32,000 nt of DNA from Candidatus Nanopusillus sp. (GCA_046533775.1 JAWDOO010000001.1:30001-62000), one strand, 5' to 3'. Positions 8,787 to 18,144 are shown, counted from the stretch's first letter. The notes: generated by a model from the sequence alone, not told the origin. Numbers and translations: made by a program.

Positions 8787-9430
8787 CTTTCCAATTCATT
8801 CAAGCTTGCAAATCCTCTAATAATATACGTCTCATTATATTTATATATAATAATAAATGGCCAGGTAGTAATATTATACTTTAAATCATAATAACTTATA
8901 AAGTAATTTGGATAGCTTGAATCAAATGAATATATATACAAATTATTTTGATTCTGTGCATATAGATAAGTTAAAATATTACCTTCTTGATCACATGCAC
9001 TTCCACAATATTGATTATTATAGAAATATAATATCAATGTGAAATTTGTTATATTACAATCTTCTATATATTTTCTAGTTAATAAAAAGTGTAAATATTC
9101 CATATTAAAATATTGAGATTTTAAATATTCTATTTCTTCTTTATTATAATATATATTTTCCTTTGATTCTAAATATGTTAACTCCAATCCAACCTGAGCA
9201 ATTTGAGATTTTAAATATTCCAAAAAAGATAAATAATTATTACTACATTCTAAACTTTGAGAACTTGCTAAATATTGAGCTGAAATTACCAATGAATTTA
9301 TTTCATCAATTTGTAATATACTCTGTTGAAATGAATATTGATATAATAAATAACCTAAAATTATTCCTAAGAAAAAGGATAATATAGATATTATTATTGC
9401 TATTGTTATTATATTCTTAGGCTTATCCAT
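8771..9430 (-). CDS. N-terminally membrane-anchored Cys-containing protein, possibly thioredoxin-like; co-transcribed with the GT2 synthase
   Basis: 219 aa with a single N-terminal TM helix (IITIAIIISILSFFLGIILGYLLY). The extracytoplasmic part has 4 Cys, including YCGSAC. The C-terminal pattern TLILYFY..C...C......TWPFIIIY...IIRGF..L.ELESYL loosely resembles a Trx fold. It overlaps the GT2 stop by 8 nt. Confidence 0.4.
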   Translation of the reverse strand: MDKPKNIITIAIIISILSFFLGIILGYLLYQYSFQQSILQIDEINSLVISAQYLASSQSLECSNNYLSFLEYLKSQIAQVGLELTYLESKENIYYNKEEIEYLKSQYFNMEYLHFLLTRKYIEDCNITNFTLILYFYNNQYCGSACDQEGNILTYLYAQNQNNLYIYSFDSSYPNYFISYYDLKYNITTWPFIIIYKYNETYIIRGFASLNELESYLTE

Positions 9431-10730
9431 ATTTTTTATTTAACAGTTTATTTATTAAACTATTATTCCATACAGTTCCTCCCCATTTTAGATTTCTACC
9501 AAACAATTTATAATATACTGCTACAATTATAAAAATTGCATTAAAATATATTGAAAAAATTAGATATATAATTGAATAATAAATTATTGATAGCCATGAT
9601 TTTGATTTATCATATCTTTTATATATACTAATAAAAAGAAAGAAATCTATTAATAATATAATTGAAAATATAATTAAAATCAATTGGGATGTAGATAATA
9701 ATTGAAAGATATATGTATTAATATTGAAAGAAAAGGAATTTTTTATAAAATAAGATATATCATAATTTATGGAAGATAAATATATTAGAAAGTTATATAA
9801 TTGATATCCGTATGTATATAATATTACTGAAAATGTTAATGGTATTAAAATATATAAAATTATATTAATACCAAAAACAACTTCTCTCAAATATTCATTT
9901 TCTATATTTCTATATTTCATATAATTTTCAATGAATCCTAATGTCCATCTTACTCTTTGTTTTAATAATGATTTAAAATTATCTGGAGGAACTGTTTTTA
10001 TAATAACTTCTGGACAAAATTTTATTTTAAAATTATTTTTCTGTGCCCTCAATGCAATTTCCATATCTTCGCTTATATTTTCTTCATCAAATAATCCAAT
10101 CTTATCAAATACAGATCTTTTAAATACAGAAAATGGACCAGATGCTATAAATACAGAATTCATTGTATCAACAACAATATCAGAAAAATTATGTATTGCA
10201 TAATCAATATATTGATATTTTTCAATAAATTTTTTTGTATTGATTGTTTGGATTGCTGGAACAACAATATCAGCATTATAATAGTACATGTATTTTAACA
10301 TTTTTATTAAAGAATCCTTTTCCGGAATAGAATCTGCATCTAATGTAACAATTATTTCTCCACTAGATTTCTTTATTCCATAATTTAATGCTGAAGATTT
10401 TCCACCATTTTCCTTTTTATATACCTTTACAAAATTATATTTTTCTTCATATTCTTTTGCTATTTCATATGTATTATCATTTGATCCATCATCCACAACA
10501 ATTATTTCCAATTTATCTTTTGGATATTCTAGATCTATTAATTTTTCCAATGTGTTTTTTATATTTTTACCTTCATTATATGCAGGTACAATTATTGATA
10601 CCTTTGGATAATATTTTATCTCATAATTAATCTCTTCTTTATCATATGATAATAGAAATAATAGAGTATATATAGATAATAACAATTCTACAAATATTAT
10701 CATTAATACTATATAAGAGATTATAAACAT
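9423..10730 (-). CDS. Processive family-2 glycosyltransferase (membrane-embedded polysaccharide synthase; PgaC/IcaA/BcsA/chitin-synthase-like)
   Basis: 435 aa. An N-terminal TM helix is followed by a GT-A domain with VSIIVPAYNE, VVDDGSND, TLDADS, SEDME and the processivity motif QRVRW. Several C-terminal TM helices follow. Confidence 0.8.
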   Translation of the reverse strand: MFIISYIVLMIIFVELLLSIYTLLFLLSYDKEEINYEIKYYPKVSIIVPAYNEGKNIKNTLEKLIDLEYPKDKLEIIVVDDGSNDNTYEIAKEYEEKYNFVKVYKKENGGKSSALNYGIKKSSGEIIVTLDADSIPEKDSLIKMLKYMYYYNADIVVPAIQTINTKKFIEKYQYIDYAIHNFSDIVVDTMNSVFIASGPFSVFKRSVFDKIGLFDEENISEDMEIALRAQKNNFKIKFCPEVIIKTVPPDNFKSLLKQRVRWTLGFIENYMKYRNIENEYLREVVFGINIILYILIPLTFSVILYTYGYQLYNFLIYLSSINYDISYFIKNSFSFNINTYIFQLLSTSQLILIIFSIILLIDFFLFISIYKRYDKSKSWLSIIYYSIIYLIFSIYFNAIFIIVAVYYKLFGRNLKWGGTVWNNSLINKLLNKKYG

Positions 10731-10772
10731 ATTATAAAAATATTCTAAAAATATAATAAATATATTTTATCT

Positions 10773-11462
10773 ATGGTATATATAAAATGGATAGGACATG
10801 CATGTTTTTTAATTAAGAGTACATACGGAAATATATTAATAGATCCATTTATTAAACAAAATCCAAAGGCAAAGTATGAACAATCTGATTTAGAAGATAT
10901 AGATATAATATTAGTAACACATGCTCATTTTGATCATTTAGGCGATACAATAGAATTGGCTCAAGATAATGATATAAAAGTAATTTCTATTTTTGAAATA
11001 GCTAGATATTTGGAAAAATTTGAAATAAAAACAATTGGATTAAATTTTGGTGGTAGAACAGTTCATAACAATATAGAAATATATTTATTCCCTGCAGTAC
11101 ATACTTCAAGCATAATTGATGATAAAGATAATATATTATGGTTGGGAAATCCTGGTAGTTTTGTAATAAAGGTTGATAATAGGATAATATATCATGCTGG
11201 TGATACTATGGTATTTGAAGATATGAAACTAATACCAAAAATTGTTGGGGATATTGATCTAGCTTTATTACCAATTGGAGGACATTATACAATGGATATT
11301 AATCAGGCTTTAATTGCAATAGAATATTTAAAACCAAAGAATGTTATACCAATGCATTATAATACATTCAATGTTATTGAAACAAAACCGGAAATTCTAA
11401 AGGAAAAAGCAAAAAATACAAATGTAATAATATTAAATCCTGGTGACTCAATTGAAATATAA
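10773..11462 (+). CDS. UPF0173-family metallo-beta-lactamase-fold hydrolase
   Basis: 229 aa. It has the WIGHACFLIK start, the metal motif VTHAHFDHLGD, and later HAGDT and PMHYNTF. This is the typical UPF0173 layout. Confidence 0.75.
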   Translation: MVYIKWIGHACFLIKSTYGNILIDPFIKQNPKAKYEQSDLEDIDIILVTHAHFDHLGDTIELAQDNDIKVISIFEIARYLEKFEIKTIGLNFGGRTVHNNIEIYLFPAVHTSSIIDDKDNILWLGNPGSFVIKVDNRIIYHAGDTMVFEDMKLIPKIVGDIDLALLPIGGHYTMDINQALIAIEYLKPKNVIPMHYNTFNVIETKPEILKEKAKNTNVIILNPGDSIEI

Positions 11463-12198
11463 AGAAGCATTAAAAGAATCTTTTTCTTTTTATATTAATA
11501 ATTTTAGGAATATATTTTTTATATATTTAATTTTATTTATATCATCAATACCTTTATATTATACTAAGATTGAATTTTATAGAAATTTAGAATATTTCTT
11601 AACTTATTTATTTTTATCTATTATAGTTTTTATAATATTTTATACATTTACAAGATTAACAATATATTTTTATTATGAAGAAGAAAAAATTATATTAAAA
11701 TCAATAAAAAAATCAATAAAGAATTATTTTCCCTTCTTATTAACATATTTAATAACCCTTATTGCTATATTTGCTTCTATTATAATTTCTTTATTTATAT
11801 CTATATTTATTTCAATTCCTTTTTTTATTATAAGTATGCAATTGTCCGAAATAATATATATAACATCATTTATTATTTTTTCTTTACTTTTAATAATATT
11901 ATTTAATAAAATATTTTTCTCTCCAATGATAGTTATATTTAAGAAAAAAAGTATATATAATTCTTTATATGAATCATGGAAGAATATAAAAATAAGAGAT
12001 TCTGCATTAATATTGCTTTACAATCTTCTTATAGATTCTATATTAATAATAACTTATATGCTTCAAATATATTATAATAATTTTGCATTCTCTCTATTAA
12101 ATTCCTTTATATCTTCGGAATTTGTAACACCAATAGGAAATTTATTTTCTATAATATTGTATAAACAATATTCAAAAAAAATAAAATTATTTTTCTAG
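11443..12198 (+). CDS. Polytopic membrane protein (function unknown)
   Basis: 251 aa and very hydrophobic. It overlaps the upstream hydrolase gene by 20 nt. It has no catalytic motifs, and its N-terminal layout is similar to the 4316/5017 paralogs. Confidence 0.5.
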   Translation: MTQLKYKEALKESFSFYINNFRNIFFIYLILFISSIPLYYTKIEFYRNLEYFLTYLFLSIIVFIIFYTFTRLTIYFYYEEEKIILKSIKKSIKNYFPFLLTYLITLIAIFASIIISLFISIFISIPFFIISMQLSEIIYITSFIIFSLLLIILFNKIFFSPMIVIFKKKSIYNSLYESWKNIKIRDSALILLYNLLIDSILIITYMLQIYYNNFAFSLLNSFISSEFVTPIGNLFSIILYKQYSKKIKLFF

Positions 12199-12500
12199 CT
12201 CTAAATATATGTTAATTATATTTTTGTTCTTAGATATTTTTCTAATATATTGAATATCTTATCTATAAATAATCTTTTATATCCTAATAAATTATAATTT
12301 AATTCAACTGTAAATTTTTTATTATATCAATCTTTATTATCTTTTTGATTCTTTTTCTAACAGAAGCTTCCTATATATTTAATAATTTTGCTATTTTGAT
12401 GTTTGGTATACGAGAATTATTTATTAATATCTTAATTTATTTTATTATTATCTATATAGCTCTTCGTACTATTAATAAAGTTTTTTATTTATTATTATAT

Positions 12501-12950
12501 ATGGAGTCTATAGATTTTGAAGCTGAAAGTACAAATGGAAAAATAAAGTTGAGTGATATATTAAAGGAAAAAGATTTTGTAGTTGTATATTTTTATCCAA
12601 AGGCATTTACTAGTGGATGTACACAAGAATTAAAGAGGTTTGTAGAATTATATGAAGAATTTAAAAAATATAATACAGAAATAATTGGAATAAGTAATGA
12701 TAAATTAGATACACAGAAAAAGTTTGCTGAAAAATATGGTGCAAAATTTCCTTTAGTTGCAGATCCTGAATTAAAGGTAATAAAATTATTTAATGCGAAA
12801 AGTGATAGGGGAAAAGGAGCAAGTAGAATTACTTTCATAATAGATAAAAATTTAAAGATTGTTGAAACATTAAAATCATTAAAAAATGCTGCAGAACATG
12901 CTGATAAAGCTCTAGAAAAAATTAAGGAATTACATAGTAAAGGCCTTTAA
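12501..12950 (+). CDS. bcp: Peroxiredoxin, Bcp-type (thiol peroxidase, AhpC/TSA family)
   Basis: The motif VVVYFYPKAFTSGCTQELKRF carries the peroxidatic Cys. I place the start at ATG 12501 (MESIDFEAES...), which gives a normal Bcp N-terminus. The ORF-track start at 12345 is a TTG that adds 52 hydrophobic residues. Confidence 0.8.
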   Translation: MESIDFEAESTNGKIKLSDILKEKDFVVVYFYPKAFTSGCTQELKRFVELYEEFKKYNTEIIGISNDKLDTQKKFAEKYGAKFPLVADPELKVIKLFNAKSDRGKGASRITFIIDKNLKIVETLKSLKNAAEHADKALEKIKELHSKGL

Positions 12951-13057
12951 ATCTAATTATTTTTCTTATTTCTTATTATTTCTTTTTCTAGTTCTAGCAC
13001 AACCCATATTTAATTATAAATTTTGGATAATATAAACTTTTCTAATAATATCTGATA

Positions 13058-13543
13058 ATGATAAAAATATTTGATTATGATCTATATTCTGGATATATAA
13101 TGTTAAATGGAAAAATTGTTGCTTATTCTTTACATAATAGTAAAGATATACTAATAAAAAATTTAGTAAAGATTGCTAAATTTCATAATTTGAATGGAGA
13201 TCTTATTTTTGATGAAAATTTAGATAAATTTTTTCAAGAAAAGATAAATAAGGTATTAAATAATAAAGAAACATTTAAATTAGATCTAAGTAAATATAGA
13301 TATAAAGATATATATGAAAAAATACTGGAAATACCTTTTGGAAAAACTATAACATATAAAGAATTATATAATAGGCTAAATAAAAAGTATAATATGTTAC
13401 AAATATTAAATGCTATAAAAAATAATCCATTTATTATTTTAATTCCATGTCATAGAATTATTAAAGAAGATAATATTTCTGGTTATACACCTTTGGGAAT
13501 TGAATTTAAAAGAAAATTATTAGAATATGAGCGTAATTTATAA
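13058..13543 (+). CDS. ogt: Methylated-DNA--protein-cysteine methyltransferase (Ogt/MGMT)
   Basis: 161 aa. It has the active-site motif IPCHRII (PCHR), the upstream IPFGKTITYKELY, and the downstream GYTPLGIEFKRKLLEYE. Confidence 0.75.
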   Translation: MIKIFDYDLYSGYIMLNGKIVAYSLHNSKDILIKNLVKIAKFHNLNGDLIFDENLDKFFQEKINKVLNNKETFKLDLSKYRYKDIYEKILEIPFGKTITYKELYNRLNKKYNMLQILNAIKNNPFIILIPCHRIIKEDNISGYTPLGIEFKRKLLEYERNL

Positions 13544-13655
13544 TTACTTAATTCCTTATAAAGCCCATGTAAAGGATTTTGAATAAAAATATAATAATAC
13601 AAAGTTTTTCGCTTAATATTTCTCATAATTTTTTATTAAAAATTTTAAAAATATT

Positions 13656-14489
13656 TTACCTATATCTTTTATAATTCTTATGATTTCCTAAACCCAGTAA
13701 ATATGAAATAATACCTCTTTTTTCCATACTATATTCAAACTCATCTTTACTATAATCTGCATATTTTTTCATTTCTAGTCCATTTAAGGGAATCTGATAT
13801 TCTATACTTTTATCTTTATTGTTAACATAATATGCATAAAGATTTCTATTTTTATATACGAAGAAATAAACAATTCTATACCAATATGTTGAATAGAGGA
13901 TACTAAAAGTATAAAATTCAGAATCTTTACTAATTATTCCTGTTTCTAATAAAGCATTTATTAAAACATCAGTAGATCTAAATAATTGCAAATGAGCTTT
14001 TTTATATCTTTCATCATTTTTATTTTTCCTCAAACCTCTTTTAAGTTCAATATTATATAAAAATAATTTACCATTGTATCCTCTTGCTATAACAAGAGCA
14101 TCTATTTCCGCCTCTCTTATAGTATGATCTTCTAATCTTTGTGGCAGATAGAGTTCTCCATTTTTTGAATATATATCTATTGAATCTTCTATCTCTTTAT
14201 ATCTAGGTGAATCTCCAAATATTATCTTTATCTTTTCTTTGTTTATTATTTTTTCTACTGGAGAATATAACAAATATTCTCCATTATAATTTATAGTACG
14301 CTTAATTTGAAGATTTCCTAATAATATATATGCTTGATATTCATAACTTCCATAACTTTCTAATAATTTATCTAACCTTTCTTGAAAAGACCTCTCATCT
14401 AAAGGGTATTTACTTTTAAATTTTAATTTTGATAAATCTAGAGAGTGTGAAAAAATTATCTCAGATAAGGATTTTGAATCTAATGACAT
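13656..14489 (-). CDS. Orphan protein with a PD-(D/E)xK nuclease signature
   Basis: 277 aa. The core EAEID(130)ALVIARGYNGKLFLYNIE(148)LK(150)RG is the classic D...ExK beta-hairpin of restriction-endonuclease-fold enzymes. I verified the codons at 14100-14102 (gat), 14046-14048 (gaa) and 14040-14042 (aaa). An N-terminal helix, ERSFQERLDKLLESYG, resembles the Glu-containing alpha-1 of Hjc-like nucleases. The C-terminal 120 aa are Tyr-rich with no recognisable motif. Confidence 0.5.
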   Translation of the reverse strand: MSLDSKSLSEIIFSHSLDLSKLKFKSKYPLDERSFQERLDKLLESYGSYEYQAYILLGNLQIKRTINYNGEYLLYSPVEKIINKEKIKIIFGDSPRYKEIEDSIDIYSKNGELYLPQRLEDHTIREAEIDALVIARGYNGKLFLYNIELKRGLRKNKNDERYKKAHLQLFRSTDVLINALLETGIISKDSEFYTFSILYSTYWYRIVYFFVYKNRNLYAYYVNNKDKSIEYQIPLNGLEMKKYADYSKDEFEYSMEKRGIISYLLGLGNHKNYKRYR

Positions 14490-15148
14490 TATCTAATTCT
14501 TTCAATTATTTCTTCGCGTAATTCTCTTATATTATACTCTATATTTTCAGATATTATTTTTCCATTTATGTCTTCTAAAATTTCATATTTATTTATTTTA
14601 TTGTTATAAAATATTAAAAGGTCTCCTAAAAATTTATCGTTTTTATAGATCTTTATTATTGTAGTAATATTAGGATCTTTAGATATATAAGAAGATATCT
14701 CCATAGAAATCTTTTTTAATAAAAATTTATATACATTCGGTATATATATTTCATTGTTTTTTATATTAATAATAATAACATATTCATAATTTGACTTATT
14801 TTTCTTTAATAAAGATAAAAATGGAAAATTATAATCTGTCTCATTATTATATTTATAAAATTTATTAAATAGGTTATCAAAAAATTTTGAAGGATCTTCT
14901 TCTATTTTTTTATATATTCTATATATTTTATATGATTCTTCTTCTTTAAAATCTACTAGATATATAATTTTCTTATAGGATACATTTTCTTTCCATTCAT
15001 TTATATTAAATATATAATATTTGTCATAACATTTCATTCCATAATATTTTTGTCTCCCTTTTATATTTAATTTTATATTTAATTTTAAAAAATCACATTC
15101 ATTATTTAATTTATTTAATTCATATTTTACTATAGAGTCTAAAAACAC
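14489..15148 (-). CDS. Orphan protein, no recognisable domain; translationally coupled to the downstream nuclease-like gene
   Basis: 219 aa, Lys/Asn/Tyr/Ile-rich. The start is GTG at 15148, only 9 nt after the sod stop. The first ATG is codon 38 (about 15037), so the start is uncertain. Its stop TAA overlaps the ATG of the next gene by 1 nt (TAATG at 14487-14491). Confidence 0.45.
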   Translation of the reverse strand: MFLDSIVKYELNKLNNECDFLKLNIKLNIKGRQKYYGMKCYDKYYIFNINEWKENVSYKKIIYLVDFKEEESYKIYRIYKKIEEDPSKFFDNLFNKFYKYNNETDYNFPFLSLLKKNKSNYEYVIIINIKNNEIYIPNVYKFLLKKISMEISSYISKDPNITTIIKIYKNDKFLGDLLIFYNNKINKYEILEDINGKIISENIEYNIRELREEIIERIR

Positions 15149-15157
15149 ATTAAAAAT

Positions 15158-15775
15158 TTATACTTTCAATGCCTCAAATCTTTTTTCCACTACTAACCAA
15201 TCTATATTATCAAAGAATACATCTACATATCCTTTTCTATTATTTCCATAATCCAAATAATATGCATGTTCAAATACATCTAATGCTAATATTAATTTTG
15301 AATTTTGTACCATATATGTATTTTGTTCATCGGATATACTAATTACCAGTCTATTTAAATCATCAGACCATAACAACCAAGCCCATCCCCTTGCACCCAT
15401 TGCAGTTGCTTTCATTTCTTTAACAAATTTTTCAAATGATCCAAAATCTTTATCTATTTGTGATCCTAATGATGATCCTGGCTTTCCACCTTCTCCACCC
15501 AAATGACCGAAGTATATTTCATGATTAATCATTCCTCCAAATGCTCTAGTCCATTCAACTTTTAATTCTCTTATCAATGAATATGTTACATTTGCTGAAT
15601 TGTAATCTTCATCTGTCAAATTATTTAGCTTTTGTGTTATCTCATTAAATTTCTTTACATATCCTTCATATATCTTCAAATGCTCTTCTATTGTTTTTGC
15701 TGAAATACCCTTCATTTTAAACAATTGTGGCCTCTCCTTTTTAAAATCTATTGGTTTTCTTTCTGAATATTCCAT
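15158..15775 (-). CDS. sod: Fe/Mn superoxide dismutase
   Basis: 205 aa. The C-terminal signature DVFEHAYYLDYGNNRKGYVDVFFDNIDW matches DxWEHAYYLxYxNxR. The internal INHEIYFGHL and N-terminal EEHLKIYEGYV supply the other metal-ligand His residues. Confidence 0.85.
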   Translation of the reverse strand: MEYSERKPIDFKKERPQLFKMKGISAKTIEEHLKIYEGYVKKFNEITQKLNNLTDEDYNSANVTYSLIRELKVEWTRAFGGMINHEIYFGHLGGEGGKPGSSLGSQIDKDFGSFEKFVKEMKATAMGARGWAWLLWSDDLNRLVISISDEQNTYMVQNSKLILALDVFEHAYYLDYGNNRKGYVDVFFDNIDWLVVEKRFEALKV

Positions 15776-15830
15776 TAATATATATTATAACAATGTTTTA
15801 TAAAAATTAATAAAGGCAAAAAATATATTT

Positions 15831-16058
15831 TTATAGGCCTCTGAGTTCCCTAATTGCTAACCTTATATCATCTTCATGTACAGTTTTCCTTCCTGCATGT
15901 TTTGCTAATTCTACTGCCCTTGATGATATTGCCTCTGCTACTTGCAATACTGATTCCACCATTGCTAATTTTGCATCTTGTCCTACCCTTGATGCACCGG
16001 CCTTTCTTAATATTCTATATAGTGGTGCCACTGGAATTGGTGTTGTTCTCTTTGCCAT
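15831..16058 (-). CDS. Archaeal histone (HMf-like histone fold)
   Basis: 75 aa. The sequence PIPVAPLYRILRKAGASRVGQDAKLAMVESVLQVAEAISSRAVELAKHAGRKTVHEDDIRLAI matches the archaeal histone fold end to end. Confidence 0.9.
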   Translation of the reverse strand: MAKRTTPIPVAPLYRILRKAGASRVGQDAKLAMVESVLQVAEAISSRAVELAKHAGRKTVHEDDIRLAIRELRGL

Positions 16059-16151
16059 AATAATATTATTTACTAACTAATATAAAAATCTTTTGTTTTA
16101 ACATTTGTTTAAGTCAATTTAACAAGACCATAATATAATATCCCTTAAATT

Positions 16152-17033
16152 TTAATCCATCATGTCATAAACTCTATCATAAATATAAAAAGTTGTTTCG
16201 AATTGAGTTACTATCCCATTGGACTGTTCTACTAATATTGGATACTCATAAATATTTCCATTCTTTTTTAGATATTCTATAAATAATTTTAAATTTATTT
16301 TATTATTATAATCCTTATATAACCATCTATATGCAAAAGGAAGGGTTTTATATTTATTGTATATTTCTTGGAAGAATTTCTTAATATTTGGATCTCTAAT
16401 TGGTTTATCGGAAATTATTGAATATATTCCAGATGGTTTACCTTCTTTTACAAACCCTACACCATTTGTAGCAAATGGTTCAATTGCATATATTCCTTCA
16501 TTTAATTTTATTTTTGATTTATTATCATAATTTGGTATTGTAATTTTAGAATGTAAAATATATTGTTCTATCTTATGACCAGATAAATTATATATTGGAT
16601 TATAATTATAGGATTTGATTGTATTTTCTATTACTTTTCCAATTTCAGATATTTCTATATCTTTTCTTAATATTTTTTTAACATTCTCTAATGCATTTCT
16701 AGAAGCTTCAATTAGATCTTTATATTTATTATCATTTATTTCTACTGTAAATGCTGTATCCATACAATATCCATTAACCTGTGCACCAAAATCAAACTTT
16801 ACAACATCTCCATCTTTTAATATTGTATTATCATTTATTGTTGGTGTATAATGTGCCGCTATATTATTTATAGATATATTCACCGGAAATGATGGAAAAC
16901 CTCCCAAATCTATTATTTTTTGCTCAATAGTTTCTGCAATATTATATATACTTTCTCCAGGTTTCAATAATTTCTCAGCATCTCTTTTTACTTTTTTTGT
17001 AATTTCAGAAGCTTTTTTTAAATCTTCAAGCAT
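16152..17033 (-). CDS. map: Methionine aminopeptidase, type 2 (archaeal)
   Basis: 293 aa. It carries the pita-bread fold metal ligands: AAHYTP, DFGAQVNGYCMDTAFTV, SGHKIEQYILH, YAIEPFAT and QFETTF. Confidence 0.85.
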   Translation of the reverse strand: MLEDLKKASEITKKVKRDAEKLLKPGESIYNIAETIEQKIIDLGGFPSFPVNISINNIAAHYTPTINDNTILKDGDVVKFDFGAQVNGYCMDTAFTVEINDNKYKDLIEASRNALENVKKILRKDIEISEIGKVIENTIKSYNYNPIYNLSGHKIEQYILHSKITIPNYDNKSKIKLNEGIYAIEPFATNGVGFVKEGKPSGIYSIISDKPIRDPNIKKFFQEIYNKYKTLPFAYRWLYKDYNNKINLKLFIEYLKKNGNIYEYPILVEQSNGIVTQFETTFYIYDRVYDMMD

Positions 17034-17349
17034 TTTTTATTTTCTTTATAGATGTTTCTTTCTCTAATAAATCTAGGAAATCTTTATTTGCATCTTCAAC
17101 ATTTATTGAATACATTTCAATTATATTATCCTTATATATCTCTTTTATTAATTCCTCTATTTTATCAAATAATTCTTCTCTAGTTTTTATTATTAATAAT
17201 TCTCTATCTTCCTCTTTAATATTATCTTTTTCTAAATATAATGTTTCAACTTTCTTTATATCTATTGATATTGCATATTTTCTTTCTAATATTCTTTTAG
17301 AAATATTTATTCCATCCCCATTTTTTACTGATAGAAATATTACAATCAT
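17026..17349 (-). CDS. Small acidic protein, divergent CutA-like (tentative)
   Basis: 107 aa. The pattern MIVIFLSV...ISKRILERKYAISIDIKKVETLYLEKDNIKEEDRELLIIKTREELFDKIEELIKEIY...IEMYSINV...DFLDLL parallels the CutA layout (beta-alpha-beta, xxxYxWxGxIxxxxExxLxxKT, xYxxPEI), but the key residues are diverged. It overlaps the map start by 8 nt. Confidence 0.35.
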   Translation of the reverse strand: MIVIFLSVKNGDGINISKRILERKYAISIDIKKVETLYLEKDNIKEEDRELLIIKTREELFDKIEELIKEIYKDNIIEMYSINVEDANKDFLDLLEKETSIKKIKNA

Positions 17350-17379
17350 AACAATATTATTATAGAAATATTAAAAACA

Positions 17380-18144
17380 TTATATTTCAATAATATCTTC
17401 AATATATTTATATAATTCTTTCCAATCCAAATAAACCTTTTTTAATGTTAAATATTTTGGATCTGAAGGAAATGGTTTTGGTTCTAAATTATATATAAAA
17501 ACTTTTTCAATTAAATCTAAAGGAAATAAATTATAACCTACAGAGATTAAAAATGTAATAATTCTTCTTATCATTTCATATAAAAACTTATTTCCTTCAA
17601 TATAATTTATATAAAAATCTTTATCTTCAATTATTTCAAATTTTTTTATATTACATATTGGATCTTTTACTTTACCTTTTGCAAAATTATGAAAACTTTT
17701 TATTCCTATAAAATGTTTTGATGCTTCTATATATTTATTTATATCAAATTCTTTTTCTTCAGATTTTATTAATATTTTTTCATTATTTATTAAATATTTT
17801 GGTATATATTTTTTCTCAAACAACTTTTTTGGTAATTTATATTCATATAATTTACCTCTAGAAAATTTTCTAATATTAATAAATTCTTTTAATTTATACA
17901 CATTCAATATTTTTATATTATTATTTTGAAAATTTGAAAAATCAATATTTTTATCTGAAGATATAACAATATAATTTTCCTCTGCATTTACCCCCTTATC
18001 TGTTCTTGAAACAATTGATAATTTAAATTCTTTTATATCAAAATAATTTAAAATTTCTCCTGAAATTGTTTTTACATTTTTTTGATATGCAATTCCATGA
18101 TAATTCTCTCCATTATATTTTATTCTTAATAAATAATTATACAT
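17380..18144 (-). CDS. truA: tRNA pseudouridine synthase A (TruA/Pus1-like)
   Basis: 254 aa. It has the N-terminal IKYNGENYHGIAYQ and the catalytic-Asp motif SRTDKGVNA (canonical GRTDxGVHA). The sequence is diverged and the protein is short. Confidence 0.65.
   Translation of the reverse strand: MYNYLLRIKYNGENYHGIAYQKNVKTISGEILNYFDIKEFKLSIVSRTDKGVNAEENYIVISSDKNIDFSNFQNNNIKILNVYKLKEFINIRKFSRGKLYEYKLPKKLFEKKYIPKYLINNEKILIKSEEKEFDINKYIEASKHFIGIKSFHNFAKGKVKDPICNIKKFEIIEDKDFYINYIEGNKFLYEMIRRIITFLISVGYNLFPLDLIEKVFIYNLEPKPFPSDPKYLTLKKVYLDWKELYKYIEDIIEI

Noticed and set aside
12345-12500. TTG-initiated 52-residue N-terminal extension of the Bcp ORF given in the ORF track
   Set aside because: The ATG at 12501 yields a canonical Bcp N-terminus, and the extension is hydrophobic low-complexity sequence from AT-rich DNA. 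It is kept only as a low-priority alternative (see finding).
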